From positions 62,001 through 126,000 of the forward strand of contig NIVC01001950.1 in assembly GCA_002269645.1 (NCBI GenBank): DNA of 64,000 nucleotides. Direction: 5' to 3'. Of this stretch, positions 12,201 to 47,510 are shown one piece after another. The notes beneath the pieces were generated by a model. That model worked only from the letters and a program-made list of their open reading frames with translations. It was not told the origin of the DNA and searched no databases. Source of the stretch: Macrostomum lignano. Taxonomy: Eukaryota. The position numbers and the translations under genes were made by a program. Every line of letters begins with the position of its first letter. The first letter of the stretch is position 1.

Positions 12201-13275
12201 CTCTGCCACCGGGCCGCATCACGGATCTGGCCGTGGAAAGCTCGGTGAAGCATCAGTACGTTCAAGTTCGCTTCACCTCGCCTGGCAACCAGGCCTACCA
12301 AGGAGTTCGTGAGTGAAATTGTACTCGTAACTGAGTTTAAATATGCAGGCTTTCAGGATGTACTTGTGGTGAATTACGGCGGGGTATTACATTGCAGGGA
12401 AGAATTACAAGCGACTTTAGACACTGCGGAATTAGAGGCAAATTTTGACACTGGGGAATTACAGCTGACTTTAGAAACTGGGGGAATTAGGGGCGAAATT
12501 AGACACGGGGGGGAATTAGGGATGACATTAGACACAAGGGGGAATTAGGGGCAACATTAGACACGGGGGGAATTAGGGGCAACATTAGACACAAGGGGGA
12601 ATTAGGGGCAACATTAGACACGGGGGGAATTAGGGGCGACATTAGACACGGGGGGAGTAGGGATGACATTAGATACGGGAATTACAGATGATATTAGACA
12701 CAAGGGGGAATTACAGGTGATATATAGACACAAGGGGAAATTACAGGTGACATTAGACCCGGGGAATTCACATGGGCAAGAGAAATCAAGTGTAGAGTGT
12801 AGCCAAAAGAGACAAAATGCACCCGGACCCCGCAGCGGCAGCCTACGAGATCCGAGCGTCGAACTCATTCGACCAGCTGACAGCAAACTTCTCCTCCTGC
12901 GACCTGGTCGGCCGGATTACCGGCCAGCCGGCCGGTTGGCCACTGCAGTTCGACCTTCGACCGGAGAACCTGACCGCTATTCGCATCAACGTCACCTTCT
13001 TCCTGTCGGCAGTCGCCGTGTCCACCACAGGCGTGTCTGGGGAGCCGTCATTTCCAATGGGCGGCGCCCTGACTTATCCGGCTATTCAAGCTGGAGGCGA
13101 AGAAGTCGTCCAGACTGAGCCGCCGCCAATCAGGACCGACGAGTCGGACAAGACGGATGCGCCGGAGCAGCAGGAGAGCCAGTGGACGCCCGAACTGATC
13201 GCCGGTGTCGCGGTGACAGCCGTTGTCAATGTAGCCGAGTTCGTTGCTATTGTACTGGTGGCTGTCAAATTCTGA
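6244..13275 (+). CDS. CLCA: CLCA-like protein 1 (signal peptide, degenerate CLCA metalloprotease domain, Cys-rich region, VWA, beta-rich region, FN3, C-terminal hydrophobic anchor), ~935 aa, 10 exons
   Basis: Exons 6244-6405, 6989-7268, 8073-8632, 9201-9425, 9930-10232, 10798-11031, 11121-11192, 11684-11942, 12036-12308, 12836-13275. All have GT-AG boundaries and compatible phases (sum 2808 nt). Motifs: WGL.SE..FY, VLDVSGSM, GGSTNI, VLITDGEH, DDGLGADLTANDGIY, PPGRITDL, FTSPG. Confidence 0.9.
6475..6975. repeat. CTCACCCCATCT-type low-complexity minisatellite in CLCA1 intron 1
   Basis: Degenerate tandem repeat visible directly. Confidence 0.85.
7330..8000. repeat. ~32-bp minisatellite (TGTCTCCAACCTCTCCCTGTCTGTCTGTCCC) in CLCA1 intron 2
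   Basis: Direct tandem repeat. Confidence 0.95.
8762..9140. repeat. 30-bp and 18-bp minisatellites (AATGACCCATCTCCCATGACCCATATTGCC; AATGACACAAAATGCG) in CLCA1 intron 3
   Basis: Direct tandem repeats. Confidence 0.9.
9545..9837. repeat. 9-bp minisatellite (GGGAGTGCA/GGGAGTGTA) in CLCA1 intron 4
   Basis: Direct tandem repeat. Confidence 0.95.
10272..10765. repeat. 30-bp minisatellite (TAGGTGACTCAAAAAGACAAAGACCTCCAT) in CLCA1 intron 5
   Basis: Direct tandem repeat. Confidence 0.95.
11212..11662. repeat. 15-bp minisatellite (CTAACAGTCCCGTGT) in CLCA1 intron 7
   Basis: Direct tandem repeat, ~29 copies. Confidence 0.95.
12410..12765. repeat. ~30-bp minisatellite (GGGGAATTAGGGGCAACATTAGACACG) in CLCA1 intron 9
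   Basis: Degenerate tandem repeat. Confidence 0.85.
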
Positions 13276-14775
13276 CAAAGTGATAAAGTGATATTGATTC
13301 TCAATCCATGGTATCTAGATTGAGATCTGAAAAAAAATATTTTGGTGAGAGGCAGGAAAACCAATTCACTGAAAAAATTAGTGATAGTTGGCAAGGAATT
13401 ATCTAAAACAAAAACGGCCCTTTTCGGGGTCAGGGCGCAAATAGCTATTTCAGAGGACAAGTTTCAGAACAACTGCCAATTATCTTTGTTTTTATTCCTT
13501 TATCTGCTTGCCAGTATCCCATTTTCTTATCTATCCAATCTTCCTCATATTTTGGGTGTCGCTCGTGTCATAATAAACAAATAATTCTATCGTACATAAA
13601 TTGGAATAAAAATCTGTAGTTATAACAAAACAGAACTAATTAAATATGAGAAGTTGATAAAAGAACAAGTGTAGCATTAAAAATAATATAGGGAAAAAAG
13701 AGGGATAGCTTCATTTTTACAACTAAAAACGGGCCTTTGAAGGGCCCACAAACCTTAATATCAAAATGCCAAGCTCCTTTTTAAATATTTATTTTAATAA
13801 TATCTTTCGTTCTCTAACTTTTGTTATGCTCCTATTGTTTTCGAATTTATCATACTTAAATGTCAATAATTCCTGGCCTACAGCTAATCATTAGAATAGA
13901 TTTGATGTGATTGATATAGTTTTATAGTTGTCGTCACGGTAGATGTAAAACGGCCCTTTTAAGGCCTTAGAAAGATAATATTGTTTAATTATTACATTGA
14001 GTCAATCAGCTCTTTCATTTTATTTCATTTTAATTCTTTCGGAGATTTTTAATTAAATGCCTACATTATTTACTTATTCATTTTTTAAACAGAAGAGCTA
14101 TAATTGTTAACATTGAAAATCATGTTTTTCGTTGCCGTTATTCAAGACTACTAAGGTTTGCCCAAGGCGCTTGTTGCTTAATTTAGAGATATACTATTTT
14201 TTCAATTTTTTCTACACAGAGCTATTTTATTTAGCTTTGAGTTAAAAATTTCTTAAGGTACATTTTAACCTCCCGGAGACCTGTCTGGCGGACTACTAGT
14301 ATTTATAACAAATACGTCAGAATTTGAAATAATATTACAAATAAATGACATCAGTAGCTTTGCTACCAGTAAAAGAAAACTTCTCTCTAAACTTCTATAC
14401 TTTTTTCTCTTTTGCAGTTGCATTAGGAGAGTGGTAGGTGCTACAGGACTCGCAACTCGCTTAATGCGCACTACACACTGTCTGTAGGAGCCTACAGTAA
14501 AAATTGTAAAGCAATTACGGGCTACAATTATAATCGCGGATCCTGCCAGGGTAATTTATCATCTACAGTTGTTCTCTAGAACTATCGTTGTTTATACTCC
14601 TTAAGCATAATTCTGTCTCTCGTAAAGTCCCGGATGTCTATAGTATATTTATAACTCGCTGTCTCAACTCAACAGCTATTATTTATAAAAGTGAGCATAG
14701 ACTCAAAATACGGATAAAGGACTTCGAACTTCTTCTGCAGCTGCTCTCCGGAAATAAAATTTCTTAAAATTTGAG

Positions 14776-36576
<21,801 letters not shown>

Positions 36577-36840
36577 AATTTATTAAAGCTTAAAAATACG
36601 TGAACCCGAGTTACCCAATGCTAATATATAAAAGCGAAATCATAATTTACACTGAATTTGCATTTCGAATTTACGATACAATTGGAATTTGCAGTAAATA
36701 AAAATTATTAGATCGCATTACTAAAACACGCAGAGATCGCGAATATAAAGTACTTTATGAACTTGTATTTCAGTTCGCAGTGTCATTCCCAGCAGCAATA
36801 AAATGCAAGCCTCTTGGAGAAGGCGCAGGCCAGGCGCCCC

Positions 36841-38670
36841 TCATTGCTTGGCCATCATGGCCATGAACTCCTGGAAGTCAATCTCTCCGTCACCGTTCAT
36901 GTCGGCCTCTTTAATCATCTCTTCCACCTCTTCATCGGTGAGTTTCTCGCCCAGGTTGCACATCACCGCCTTGAGCTCGGCAGGGGAGATGAAGCCGTTG
37001 CCGTCTTTGTCGAACACCTGGCAATTTGATTATATGGATACAGGTTGAGGTGCGAGATCGCCGTGTACTGATTCAATATCGCTTTAGCTTTAGCACCAGG
37101 GGCGCCAGCACCAGGGGCGCCAGCACCAGGGGCGCCAGCACCAGGGGCGCCAGCACCAGGGGCGCCAGCACCAGGGGCGCCAGCACCAGGGGCGCCAGCA
37201 CCAGGGGCGCCAGCACCAGGGGCGCCAGCACCAGGGGCGCCAGCACCAGGGGCGCCAGCACCAGGGGCGCCAGCACCAGGGGCGCCAGCACCAGGGGCGC
37301 CAGCACCAGGGGCGCCAGCACCAGGGGCGCCAGCACCAGGGGCGCCAGCAATATAGTAATGTTTACCATTTTTATAGTTTTCTATAATAATCAGAATGTA
37401 ATTTTTTAACGAGGGCTGCACGAGGGCTGCAGGCGCCTATGGCGCCATCGTTCTACAACCAGCGCTGACTGCAATTCGGCCCATTCTGCTGACTTCTGAT
37501 CACATTCAAGGGCGCCAATACTGTACGCAGGCACAACACTCGTGCACCCGCTCACACAGGGTGTACAACGGCCTTGAGTCGGACGCGTTTACGCTGATCT
37601 GCTTCGCACCATAGGATGCGTGATTTACGCAAATAATGCTTACTGGCACTTCGTACTCATGTCACGTTGAAACTTAATTCTAATTAGATACCCAAGCATC
37701 TCTGCATTACTGCTAGAGTATTGTTACTCTCGCTGTTTACTCAAGAAAATGAGCAATGGAAGATAAAAAACTTTGTATCAATAACTTGTAAAATAATTTT
37801 CATTGTCTTCCTGACTGCCATTTGAGTGTCAGTGAGCCCTGAGTTGAGTGTCAGTAAGCCCTGAGTTGAGTGTCAGTAAGCCCTGAGTTGAGTGTCAGTG
37901 AGCACTACTGATTTTAGTGACAGTGAGCACTACTGATTTGAGTGACAGTGAGCGCTGATTTGAGTGACAGTGAGCACTACTGATTTGAGTGACAGTGAGC
38001 ACTACTGATTTGAGTGACAGTGAGCACTACTGATTTGAGTGACAGTGAGCACTACTGATTTGAGTGACAGTGAGCACTACTGATTTGAGTGACAGTGAGC
38101 ACTACTGATTTGAGTGACAGTGAGCACTACTGATTTGAGTGTCAGTGAGCACTACTGATTGGAGTGTCAGTAAGCCCTGATTTGAGTGTCAGTAAGCCCT
38201 GATTTGAGTGTCAGTAAACCCTGATTTGAGTGTCAGTAAGCGCCGATTTGAGTGTCACTAAGCGCCAGTCATAAGCTCCAATTCAAGTCTCAAAATACCT
38301 AGCCAGTACTCAAACACAGAATTGCAATTTTTCTCACCCTGAACGCCTCTTTGAGCTCCGCCTCCGTGTCCGTATCCTTGATCCTCTTTCCCATGAGGAT
38401 GCAGAACTCCTCAAAATCAATAATCCCATTCCCATCGATGTCGATCTCCCCAATCATGTCCTGCAGCTCGGCCTCCGTGGGATTCTGGCCCAGAGCTCGC
38501 ATCACAGTTCCCAACTCTTGAGTAGTGATGGAGCCAGAGTTGTCTTTGTCAAACAGACCGAACACCTCCTTCATATCGTTCACCTGCTCCTCCGTCATGT
38601 CTTCGATGCCTCGGAATGTGTTCGAATCGCCTGCCGCAGGCGACTCTTCTGCCGCTGCAAAGTCTGGCAT
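36841..38670 (-). CDS. Calmodulin-like protein with four EF-hands, 169 aa, 2 exons (38338-38670, 36841-37017)
   Basis: EF loops [48 protein letters not shown]; GT-AG phase 0 intron; ~20-aa acidic N-terminal extension relative to canonical calmodulin. Confidence 0.95.
37092..37349. repeat. 15-bp perfect minisatellite (GCACCAGGGGCGCCA) in the calmodulin-like intron
   Basis: About 17 homogeneous copies. Confidence 0.95.
37825..38268. repeat. 21/25-bp minisatellite (GAGTGACAGTGAGCACTACTGATTT) in the calmodulin-like intron
   Basis: Direct tandem repeat. Confidence 0.9.
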
Positions 38671-40226
38671 TGCTGAAGCGTTGTTGCTGCTTTGAGAGCG
38701 AGAGAGCTTCTTCTACAGTCTGCCTAACCGCTACCAGGGACTCCGTTGGTTTTTTTACTCTCAGGCCAGAATTTTGTTTATGCATCTGCGCAGCTATACG
38801 GGTGATGATGAGCATGGAGGTGCATTTTAGTGTGCTTTTCATTTCGTTCGAAGCTGTGCGAATTGTGGGAGGGTCGGTTGGCTTCTTTGAATTACTGCCC
38901 CCAACCTAGCCTACCCCTACACCCCCCGACCGTAATTCGCTGGAAGTGCAAATAATGTCCATGGACCTCATGCAGCGAGATCTGGACTGAAAGACGAACT
39001 TGATCCGTTCGATAAGTAAATCAGTCTAGCAAATTCTCTGCAATCCAGTGAATAATATTGAAGGATCCTGATGAAAGATCCGGGAGTTGAATTAGCTCAA
39101 CGGTAATTTGGTGTTTTTGTGCCAAAATTGACCCATTGGGTTGCCAGACATGAGGGCCAACCCCAAAACGCATGTAGAATATGAGAGAATGCTTGTATGA
39201 GTATTCATGTAAATTTTGGAGTCTAGATGGACATCCAACCGATGCAAGATTATTTTAGGGTTTTTTCCAATCCAAGAATCCAGAGGTCCTTGCAATAGCG
39301 CTTCGCTCCGCTGCAGTGTACGTTTTTTCTGCATTTTTCTTTTCATTGTCCTGAGAGAACAGCTTTAGCATAGCCTCGCCAATATGCCAAGCGTGCGCCA
39401 CTCATAAAAGTGAACCTCTATATAGAGCAATTCTATTTAGAATAAAATAAAAATGCAAACGAGGCGGGACAAGTTTTATTACCAAGCTGCACTACTCTTC
39501 GAATATATAAGTAGACACTAAACACTAAAAGAGGATAATTTTATCCAGATTTACAATGTTTGTTCATTTAACACCGGAAATTTAACGCAAAACAATAGTT
39601 TGTACGAGTATAAAGTAATCGATAGCCGGATGCGTCTAAAACAAGTTATAAATGTTAAAATTAAAATTACAACGAAAGAAAACCCTTTTTAAAAATAAAA
39701 TCTAGCAGTTATAATGTTTGTTTAGATCTATAATACTACGGAGTAAGAATACAGTACAAGTTTCCTAGAAAAAGGTTTGAAAAAAATCATGGCTTTACAC
39801 GAAAAGGTACACGATCAACATAGAAATTGTTTCTTTATGACAAAGAAAGAATAGATAATCATTATCGTTGATTTTCAAATGCTGGTCTTAATTAAGCTGA
39901 ATTGTCAGCTTTTATCGCTTCAATATTTTAAATTTGATGCAAAAAAAGATGTATAGTATACATTTTAATGAGCATTTTGTTTTTATGAGTCAGAAAATAT
40001 TTCTATTTTTACGTCTAAAAAATTTGCTAGTGTAATTTATAATTTTTTGCTTAAAACGCCAGCATTTAAAGGTTTTTCGAAAAATCGTTCGGATTTACCT
40101 TCTTTGCTTTGACTTTATGACGTCTAGCTGTACGAGTACAATAAGCTTGAATTCACACGCAGGTTAGTCTGAGAACAATTAGGAACTTAATTAGGCAGTG
40201 CATGGTTTGCCTGTTGGAGTCAGTTG

Positions 40227-41590
40227 TCATGGTAACCTGCCAAAGCAGTGCAGACTGTCGCGTCCTTGGCTACCTGCGGCGACCACGCAGATTCCGTTGG
40301 CTGGCGAGCCGCTGCAGGCCAGGCCGCGCGGTCTCCAGGCTGCGGTCTCCGCAGATTCCGGCTTGATTTGCCCGCCGCTGATTGGCGCGTCAACGAAGGC
40401 GCCCTCCAGGCTGTGCCGCGCCACCCGGTGCGCGCCGGAGTCGCAGAGCAGCACGTGACGTCCAGAGACGTCGAATCTCAGACCGAATGGCTGCTGCGGC
40501 TCGTCCTCGGTGCTGGCGGCCCACAGGAAGGCGAGAAGGTCGCCGCGTGGATTCAGCACTGCGGCTCTGCCGTTCTCAATGTCTGACACGGCTATGAAGC
40601 CGTTGTCATGGCAACAGTCGACGTAGCTGGGTCTTAACGGTCGGTCGCCTTTGCCCAGCTCGATCGTGGCCAAGTGACGTCCTTCAGCGTCGAGTCTGTA
40701 GAGCCTACTGGAGCTCAGGTCGGTGAGCAGCAGGTGGCCCTCCCTGGTGGAGCAGATGTCTGCTGGGGAGCGACAGGCGCCGTCAGGCAGAGGCGGCGCG
40801 CGGCCCAGCGAGTGGCCGAAAACGCTGCGACATTCGATGCGACCGAGGCGCCAGTCGGTGACCCAAAGCGCATGGTTGGTCACCTTGATTGGGAACAGGA
40901 GTGTGGGAGGGCAAAGACAATAATTCAACTACGCGCACAAATTCATACATATTAGGGAATACAGAGGGAATTGCATAGATTTTTAGGCTCACAGGGGGAA
41001 TTGCTGAGATGCCAAGACTTACAAAGGGAATCGCAGAGATGTAAAGGCTTACAGGGAGAATTGCTGAGATGTCAAGGCTTACAGGGGGAATTGCTGAGAT
41101 GTCAAGGCTGAGGTCAGAAGCTGCGACATGTAGTTTATTAAAAAAATTGTTTTTCATTCTTTGTTAGCTACTATATAATAGTTCTAAAACTATAATAAAT
41201 TCCAATTAATGCGTTGTGCATACATATGGAAGGTGCAATGCCCTCGTGGGATGTCTTGTGAAGGTTTGATGTCCTGGGAAGGGACGATGTCCTCAGGGGG
41301 GGGGTATACATAAACTAGTCTCTAATTCAGGTCCGCACTTATATATGTTTCCTGGAAACTGGAAAACTCACCTGACAAACTCCAGCAGGAGAGAAGTCAA
41401 ATCCCAGTCGGACCTGATAGTCCCATTGGGGCAGCCCGGAAGCTGAGAAGTAGACCAGTCGGTGTTCAGCAGCGTCAGGCACCAGCCAGTCAAGTCCTGG
41501 CAAGTCACTGATTGCACAGGCGCTGCGCCAGAGAACCGCCGAGCCAGACGGAGGCTTGTAGGTCCAGCGCCATTGCAGATCGGCCTGCAT
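40227..41590 (-). CDS. NHL-repeat (beta-propeller) protein; exons ~41372-41590 (5' end uncertain) and 40227-40883
   Basis: NHL-like motifs PADICST..LLLTD, PSYVDC..IAVSD, PFGLRFD..VLLCDSGAHRV, PRGLAC; CAG/gtgagt donor at 41371 and caag acceptor at 40884, phase 0. Confidence 0.75.
40945..41110. repeat. 30-bp minisatellite in the NHL gene intron
   Basis: GGGAATTGCTGAGATGTCAAGGCTTACA repeats. Confidence 0.8.
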
Positions 41591-42002
41591 GGTGCAGTCT
41601 GCAGAGAATTCAATACGAGAGCCTACTAGATAGCTTTCTTCTGCACTTGTGGCATCGGCTGTGAGAGCAGTCAGTTTTGTTTTAACTGGTATTATAGCAG
41701 AAGGCAAGTGTACTTCGAGAACGTTTACTGTACACAGTTTTAGAGGGGTGTGTACTCCTCTATTTGTAGTGGCTGAGGGTAGAGAGAAAGGTACAGTAGA
41801 GAGTCTAGAGATGCCAAACAGCTGGGAGTGAGCTGCAGCAGCTCTTACTTTTCTCTGCCCATACTGTGTTCATCCAAGGAGAACTACGTGTAGGACCTGT
41901 GATAGCAATTAACTTCTATTTAGTAGTCCCTGATCCTAGCATGCAGTGTTACCTAGCTACAACTTCATATACATATACGGTACAGGTAGCTATTGCTTGC
42001 AC

Positions 42003-42178
42003 TGGGCGCCCCTGGTGCTGGCGCCCCCTGGTGCTGGCGCCCCCCTGGTGCTGGCGCCCCCTGGTGCTGGCGCCCCCCTGGTGCTGGCGCCCCCTGGTGC
42101 TGGCGCCCCCTGGTGCTGGCGCCCCCTGGTGCTGGCGCCCCCTGATGCTGGCGCCCCCCCTGGTACTGGCGCCCCCTC
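42003..42178. repeat. 15/16-bp minisatellite (GGCGCCCCTGGTGCT), reverse complement of the 37092 array
   Basis: Same unit in the opposite orientation, with variable C-run length. Confidence 0.9.
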
Positions 42179-43033
42179 TCGCTAAAGTTACGTGACTAGC
42201 TAAACGTTAACATAATAGTTTGGTTTAACCAATTCTGATACGCTCTGGTGTCATTTTGGACTTAAGTAATATCTTCGCATTTAAAGTAAGTTGAACACAC
42301 TATTGGCAACAATAGGCTATGGAGCTAGTGCTGACAGAAGCTACTAAAACATAGGATCTGCTTGTATACAAATGGATTTAGGGCTTCGTTTATACGGAAC
42401 CGAATATCAGATGGACTAAATAAACATAGGCAGCAATTTTGAATTTTAAACATAAATTTTTAATTAAAAAACACTAATAAATAATGACCAAATCCAAAAA
42501 GTAATTAAGGAAGCGAAGTAAGGAAAGACCAGAGATTGAGGCTCAGAAGACAGGCGAAGCTGGCAATTAGAGGAAGGGCTAGAGGGCAATTAGAGGGAGG
42601 GATAGAGGTCAATTCGAGGGAGGGATAGAGGGCAATTAGAGGGAAGGATAGAGGGCAATTAGAGGAGAGATAGGATAGACAGTAATTACGAGCTAGATGG
42701 AGTGATATAGAGGGCAATTAGAGGGAGAGAGACTGTAATTAAAATAAGTGTGATCGCATTTAAAAACAAAGTTTGTCTCTCAAGTCACAGAAAGAATTGT
42801 TTAAATTCTGGTCCAATAGTGCTCACAGGGGCATAATTACATACCAGTAGCTCCACCAATACTCATTATAAACGCCAGAACTATCACGAAATGTTGCAAG
42901 AATTTTTCACTTAGCCTCGCTCATTGGCTTAATGAAATTTAGGCAATTCTCAATACTTTTTTATTTAAATTTTAAAAAAATAAAACGGCCCTTTTAAGGG
43001 CCACCACTTCCATTATCATATCTAACAGTCTAC

Positions 43034-43977
43034 GGGTCTACGACGTTTGCCTGCCGGACGTTTGCAGGCGGCAATTGGTTAAAGAAGTATGCCCTCTCTA
43101 GGCTTACATGTACTTGCATTTGAAAACTGTAGACATAGCACTAATCTAATTCCACCTGGCTCCCTACTACTGCAATTAAATATACAGGTTACTAACAAAC
43201 TACTGTTCAGGCTTATTGAAGTTATTGCTCTTGTCTGCCCAAATAGGAAGGTAAAAATACAAAATAGGACTTTCCATTGTCACAGTTGATGTCTATGTAT
43301 GCCATGGAATGGCCCTTTCCATCTTAGTGGCCAAACAAGCTAAGTGTTTACAAGCTAAATGGAAAGATTGAGACATCCATAATGGTATTGGCTTAGTCTC
43401 GCCTATATATACTTAACTCAAAGGCCAAACTCTGCTTAACGGAGTTTGGCCATGACAGCGTGCGCTCGACAAGCTGCATTGGAATTAATTCGCTTACTTT
43501 TGGATCTCCCAATGAACTGGGAAATATATAAGCCAGAATTATCGTTCTTTTATTTGCTCAAAACTAATTGGCTCGCTAGAGATTCCCGTTAAATTGCGCG
43601 TCCTCATTCGCAAGTGAAAAATCAGACATCTCAAACTGGGAAAAGCGATACAAAACCGTCAGAAGTTAACTTTATAATGTTTTCACATTCAAAGAAATTT
43701 TTGTTAAACTAAAAGTTAGATTGATGAACTGCATAATTTGTATAGAGTTTGTTTTTGAACTTTTATACATGCGAATAACTGTCAAAAAGTTGGATTAAAA
43801 AAACTTTTTAACCCGCTAAACTGCGAATATTTCAGTATCAAATTTTTCACTCACTGACTTAATGTTGGCTGGCAAACGTCCCGCAGGCAAACGTCCCGCA
43901 GGTAAACGTCAGCTGGCAAACGTCCCGCAGGCAAACGTCCCGCAGGCAAACGTCCCGCAGGCAAACGTCGCTATCCC
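43034..43977. mobile_element. Putative non-autonomous element with inverted CGACGTTTGCC termini and a 15-bp GGCAAACGTCCCGCA array at its right end
   Basis: Left GGGTCTACGACGTTTGCCTGCCGGACGTTTGC is nearly the reverse complement of the right end; no clear TSD. Confidence 0.45.
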
Positions 43978-46492
43978 CAGTAATACATGTACTGTAGGGT
44001 AAGCGCGACGAATATTTCCGATAATTTTGTCTACGCACATTTTTATTCGATAATATAAGAGAAAGAATTATAAGTGCATTTAATTTACAAGTCCTCAAAG
44101 CTGATAGAAACATGTAAACTTTGTTTATTGACTGAGGACAAATTGCATGCATCTGAAGACATTATGGAGGGTTCCAGAACAGATAGAATAGCTTTATTCT
44201 GTCCTGTGGGTGCCAGGGGTAGAAGAAGACAGGAAAATACAGAGACAGCTAGAAGAAACATATGCCTGTTTAGATACATTGATTCATATTGTACTACTAG
44301 CTATAGATACATGCAGATTGTAAATTGAAAGTCTGGCTAAAACAAGGTAGTGCAGAGCAGGTCCCAGAGAGCTTTCATACATCCTGTCCTGTGTGCCTAA
44401 ATCCACGATCCCATGGCCAGCTGCACCTACACTATTGCAGCCCAAGCAAGTGAAATCAAATAATGTACCGTCCAAACTATATTTATTAAATATATATGAT
44501 GGGTTCGGCTTTTTTAAGCCTGTAGCTCCGGGCCTCAGAGCTCAGAAATGAATCGCTTAGAACTCTGGCCTCTCACTCCTGTCAGATGGTCAGCCCCATG
44601 GTAGCTAGATTGTGGGCCAGCAGCAAGGTCCTATAGCTAAGAGAAGACAGCGAGAGACAAGCTGGGAGAATTTGAAAGGTAGAGATTAGCTAATCCGCAG
44701 ATTAGCTAACCCGCTGCCACCAGTCCTAACCAAACCGGAGCTATCGAAATCGGACTTCCGACTAGAGGGGCACTGTACTTACCTGCCATCTAGTGTCTTT
44801 TAGCTGTCTAAATCTCGAAGTCATAGCCGAATAGAAGGGACGCTGCTGGGACTAAGATCGCATGGCCATGCAGGGACAGAGACGACTTGTGCAGGGGGTT
44901 CATGCGCTGGTGAGCCTTTATACACTACTAAATGTACTATTTCATTACCAATTCCCAGAAGTACATGTATCAGTACACGTGACTGCACGCTTTTGGCACT
45001 AAATGTGTAAACACGTCGACAGATAGCGTTGATGTAGATGCATTGTTACTTTTGGAGACCGTTAGACTAATATTTAAATTTGTTTAGCCGCTTTAATTAG
45101 CTGCCTGAGACTGCACGAAAGTGCCAGTCTGGCACTTGATTTGCATTCTTATCGTGATTTCCGAGATCGACTGATTGACTGGGAACTGTGCCGCTTCCGG
45201 TCCACTGTGACCTCTGCCTCTAGATCTAGCCGCTCATCTCAGCTGGCATTGCGAAAAAGAAAGAAAACGCCAAGTCTTTAACTTCTAGATTTAACTTTCT
45301 CACTTAATCCGCAATCCTAAACACCTTAGATCGAGTCAGAGCAAAGGGCTACTTTTAGTATTATATGAAACTTTTGCCTCGACTTTGGCACACAAAAAGT
45401 GCAGTGACGTCGGCTGGCACTTGCACACAGAAACAAAGCAATTAAAAGTAAAAATAGCGCGATAATAATACGTACGAATATTGTTAAAATAAATGGAAGA
45501 ATACAGTAGTAGCACGGTATGCATATGAAAATAAAGAAATACGATACGCGCGCTTCTACGAATCACACTGTCACACCCGCCCCTCTACTAAAAAATACTG
45601 AAAAACGAAGAGCAGAAAATACGAATATTTCGAACAGCGACGAAAAAAAAGTAACAAAAACTTATTTCGAAAATACCGAACAAAATAATTTACATGCGAG
45701 TTCAATTACTGGTATTGTTGGCATCAGTTTCGGATGAAAATATTGAAAAATACACAAAGCATTGGAACGAACAGGAATTAAAATAGATATTTGTCAAAGG
45801 AATGCTTCTCGCATTTCAAAATATTGAACAATATTTGGTGCAACGAGTTAGAGCCGAATTAAAGTACTCACAATGATTAATTATAGGAAATATCAAAGGT
45901 GTCGCAAACCAACTCAAAACACTGCAAAGCAAATCACGAGACGCAAAACCGGCACAGGCACACCCTATGACTAAGAGAACACACCAAAGCGAGACGAAAC
46001 AGGGCGCACCTAGCAACCTAGAAACACCAAGCAAACGGAGCACGAGAGAAACGGGAAAAGAATTCGAGCAAGCCCGGAGGCGAGCTCAGGTCCGCGCACA
46101 AACACGAACCCAGCCGGGGACCGATCAAGAACGACCACAAGGGCACGCCGATCAACGGCGCCGGAACCGACCTCGGAACCAGACGAACAGAGACCCTATG
46201 GTGCTCTGCACAGCCACACAGGCTTGACAACGGCGGCAGAAAACGCGCTAAAGACCGACAAGCGCTACTTAAGTACAGACGACACGCGATTGAATGACGA
46301 TGCAAATTAACTAAACTCTAGGACCGTAAACTACATGTATGAACTGATGATGTATGAACTCTGTACTTTGTTATCTTGGAACAACCCTGTTTATTTTCTT
46401 TTTTGTGACAATTATATTAGTTTTTATGCGTTTTTAAAGGAACATTTTCTGAGTATTAATTTTACCCGGTCCGAGCGAGTTGCGATCGATTT

Positions 46493-47510
46493 TTATTTAT
46501 TAAATAGCTGTGCTAGAAAATTTCGACAACGTGCCGGTTTGGTAACAATCCTTCTGGATCTAGTCGTCTGTGTCGATTGAGGCAAGGAAATGGCGTCAAT
46601 CTGTTCTTGTGGAGCGACAGCTTCCATCGTGGTCTCACTGTCAGGATCCTCGATGGCTTCTACCGGCATACCGGCTTCCCCCCTAACGGGACTGCCTTCA
46701 GCCGGAGCTTGCTCCTCGGTGACATCTTCTGCCGCCTCCTCCAACAGATCGCCATTTTCATCGAACACAGCTCTGCCACTCTGTTTACCGTTCGAAACCT
46801 CGTGCAGATCACCTTCATCGATTACTGCCGCCTCTCCTTCCAAGGGCTCCATCGGCGGTGGTGGCACTGCAACTGGCAGGTCGGGAGTGGCAACTGTGGT
46901 AACCTGCTGGGACTCATCCACAAGCGCTGATGACGCACTTTCTGATACCTGGAGCGGTTGAGTCGCAGCACTTTGATTGGAACCGTTGATGGAGCACGAA
47001 GACAACCAGGTAGACTGGTCGTCTCCTCGCAAGCCTACTCTTGACGACGGCATTCTGGCTGGCGTGCGAGTCCCGTACCTGTCCACAACATCTTCATAAG
47101 GCTGTTTGCGCACACAGCGCTTCATCCGATCGACATTGTACACATTGTGAGACGGGTTGGGAATGCACTCCAAAGGATTTATTCTAGCGAATTCTGGAAT
47201 GAGTCTGTAATTCCTCTCCGAAATGTTTTGCAACACCTTGTATGGTCCAAACCAGACAGCACTGTCGAGGCCACGATGGTCGGCGTTGAGGACCCATACA
47301 AGATCGCCTATCTCGAAGTTAGAGTTCAGCGCGCTGCGGTCATAGTAGCGCTTTTGGCGCTCTTGGGCCTTTCCACGGGCATGGCGCGCAGCCGCTGATA
47401 CCTCAACGAGCGTCTGGTGCAGATAATGTGCATACAGTTCAGGTCTGTACCTATCTTGAACTGGTGGATTATGAACCAGATCCAGTGGCAGATTTAGCTC
47501 GTGTCCAAAA
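46493..47510 (-). CDS. Integrase C-terminal continuation (SH3-like region plus acidic tail) separated by a -1 frameshift
   Basis: Adding one T in the T5 run gives SPAKIFFGHELNLPLDLV, followed by YYDR..F.IGDLVWV..W.GPYKV. Confidence 0.8.

Noticed and set aside
36963-37421. Elastin- or collagen-like GAPGA protein
   Set aside because: It is a 15-bp repeat inside the calmodulin-like intron and is open in multiple frames.
45967-46305. Antisense ORFs in the gypsy 3' region
   Set aside because: Short, compositionally biased and without motifs; consistent with the untranslated region before the PPT.
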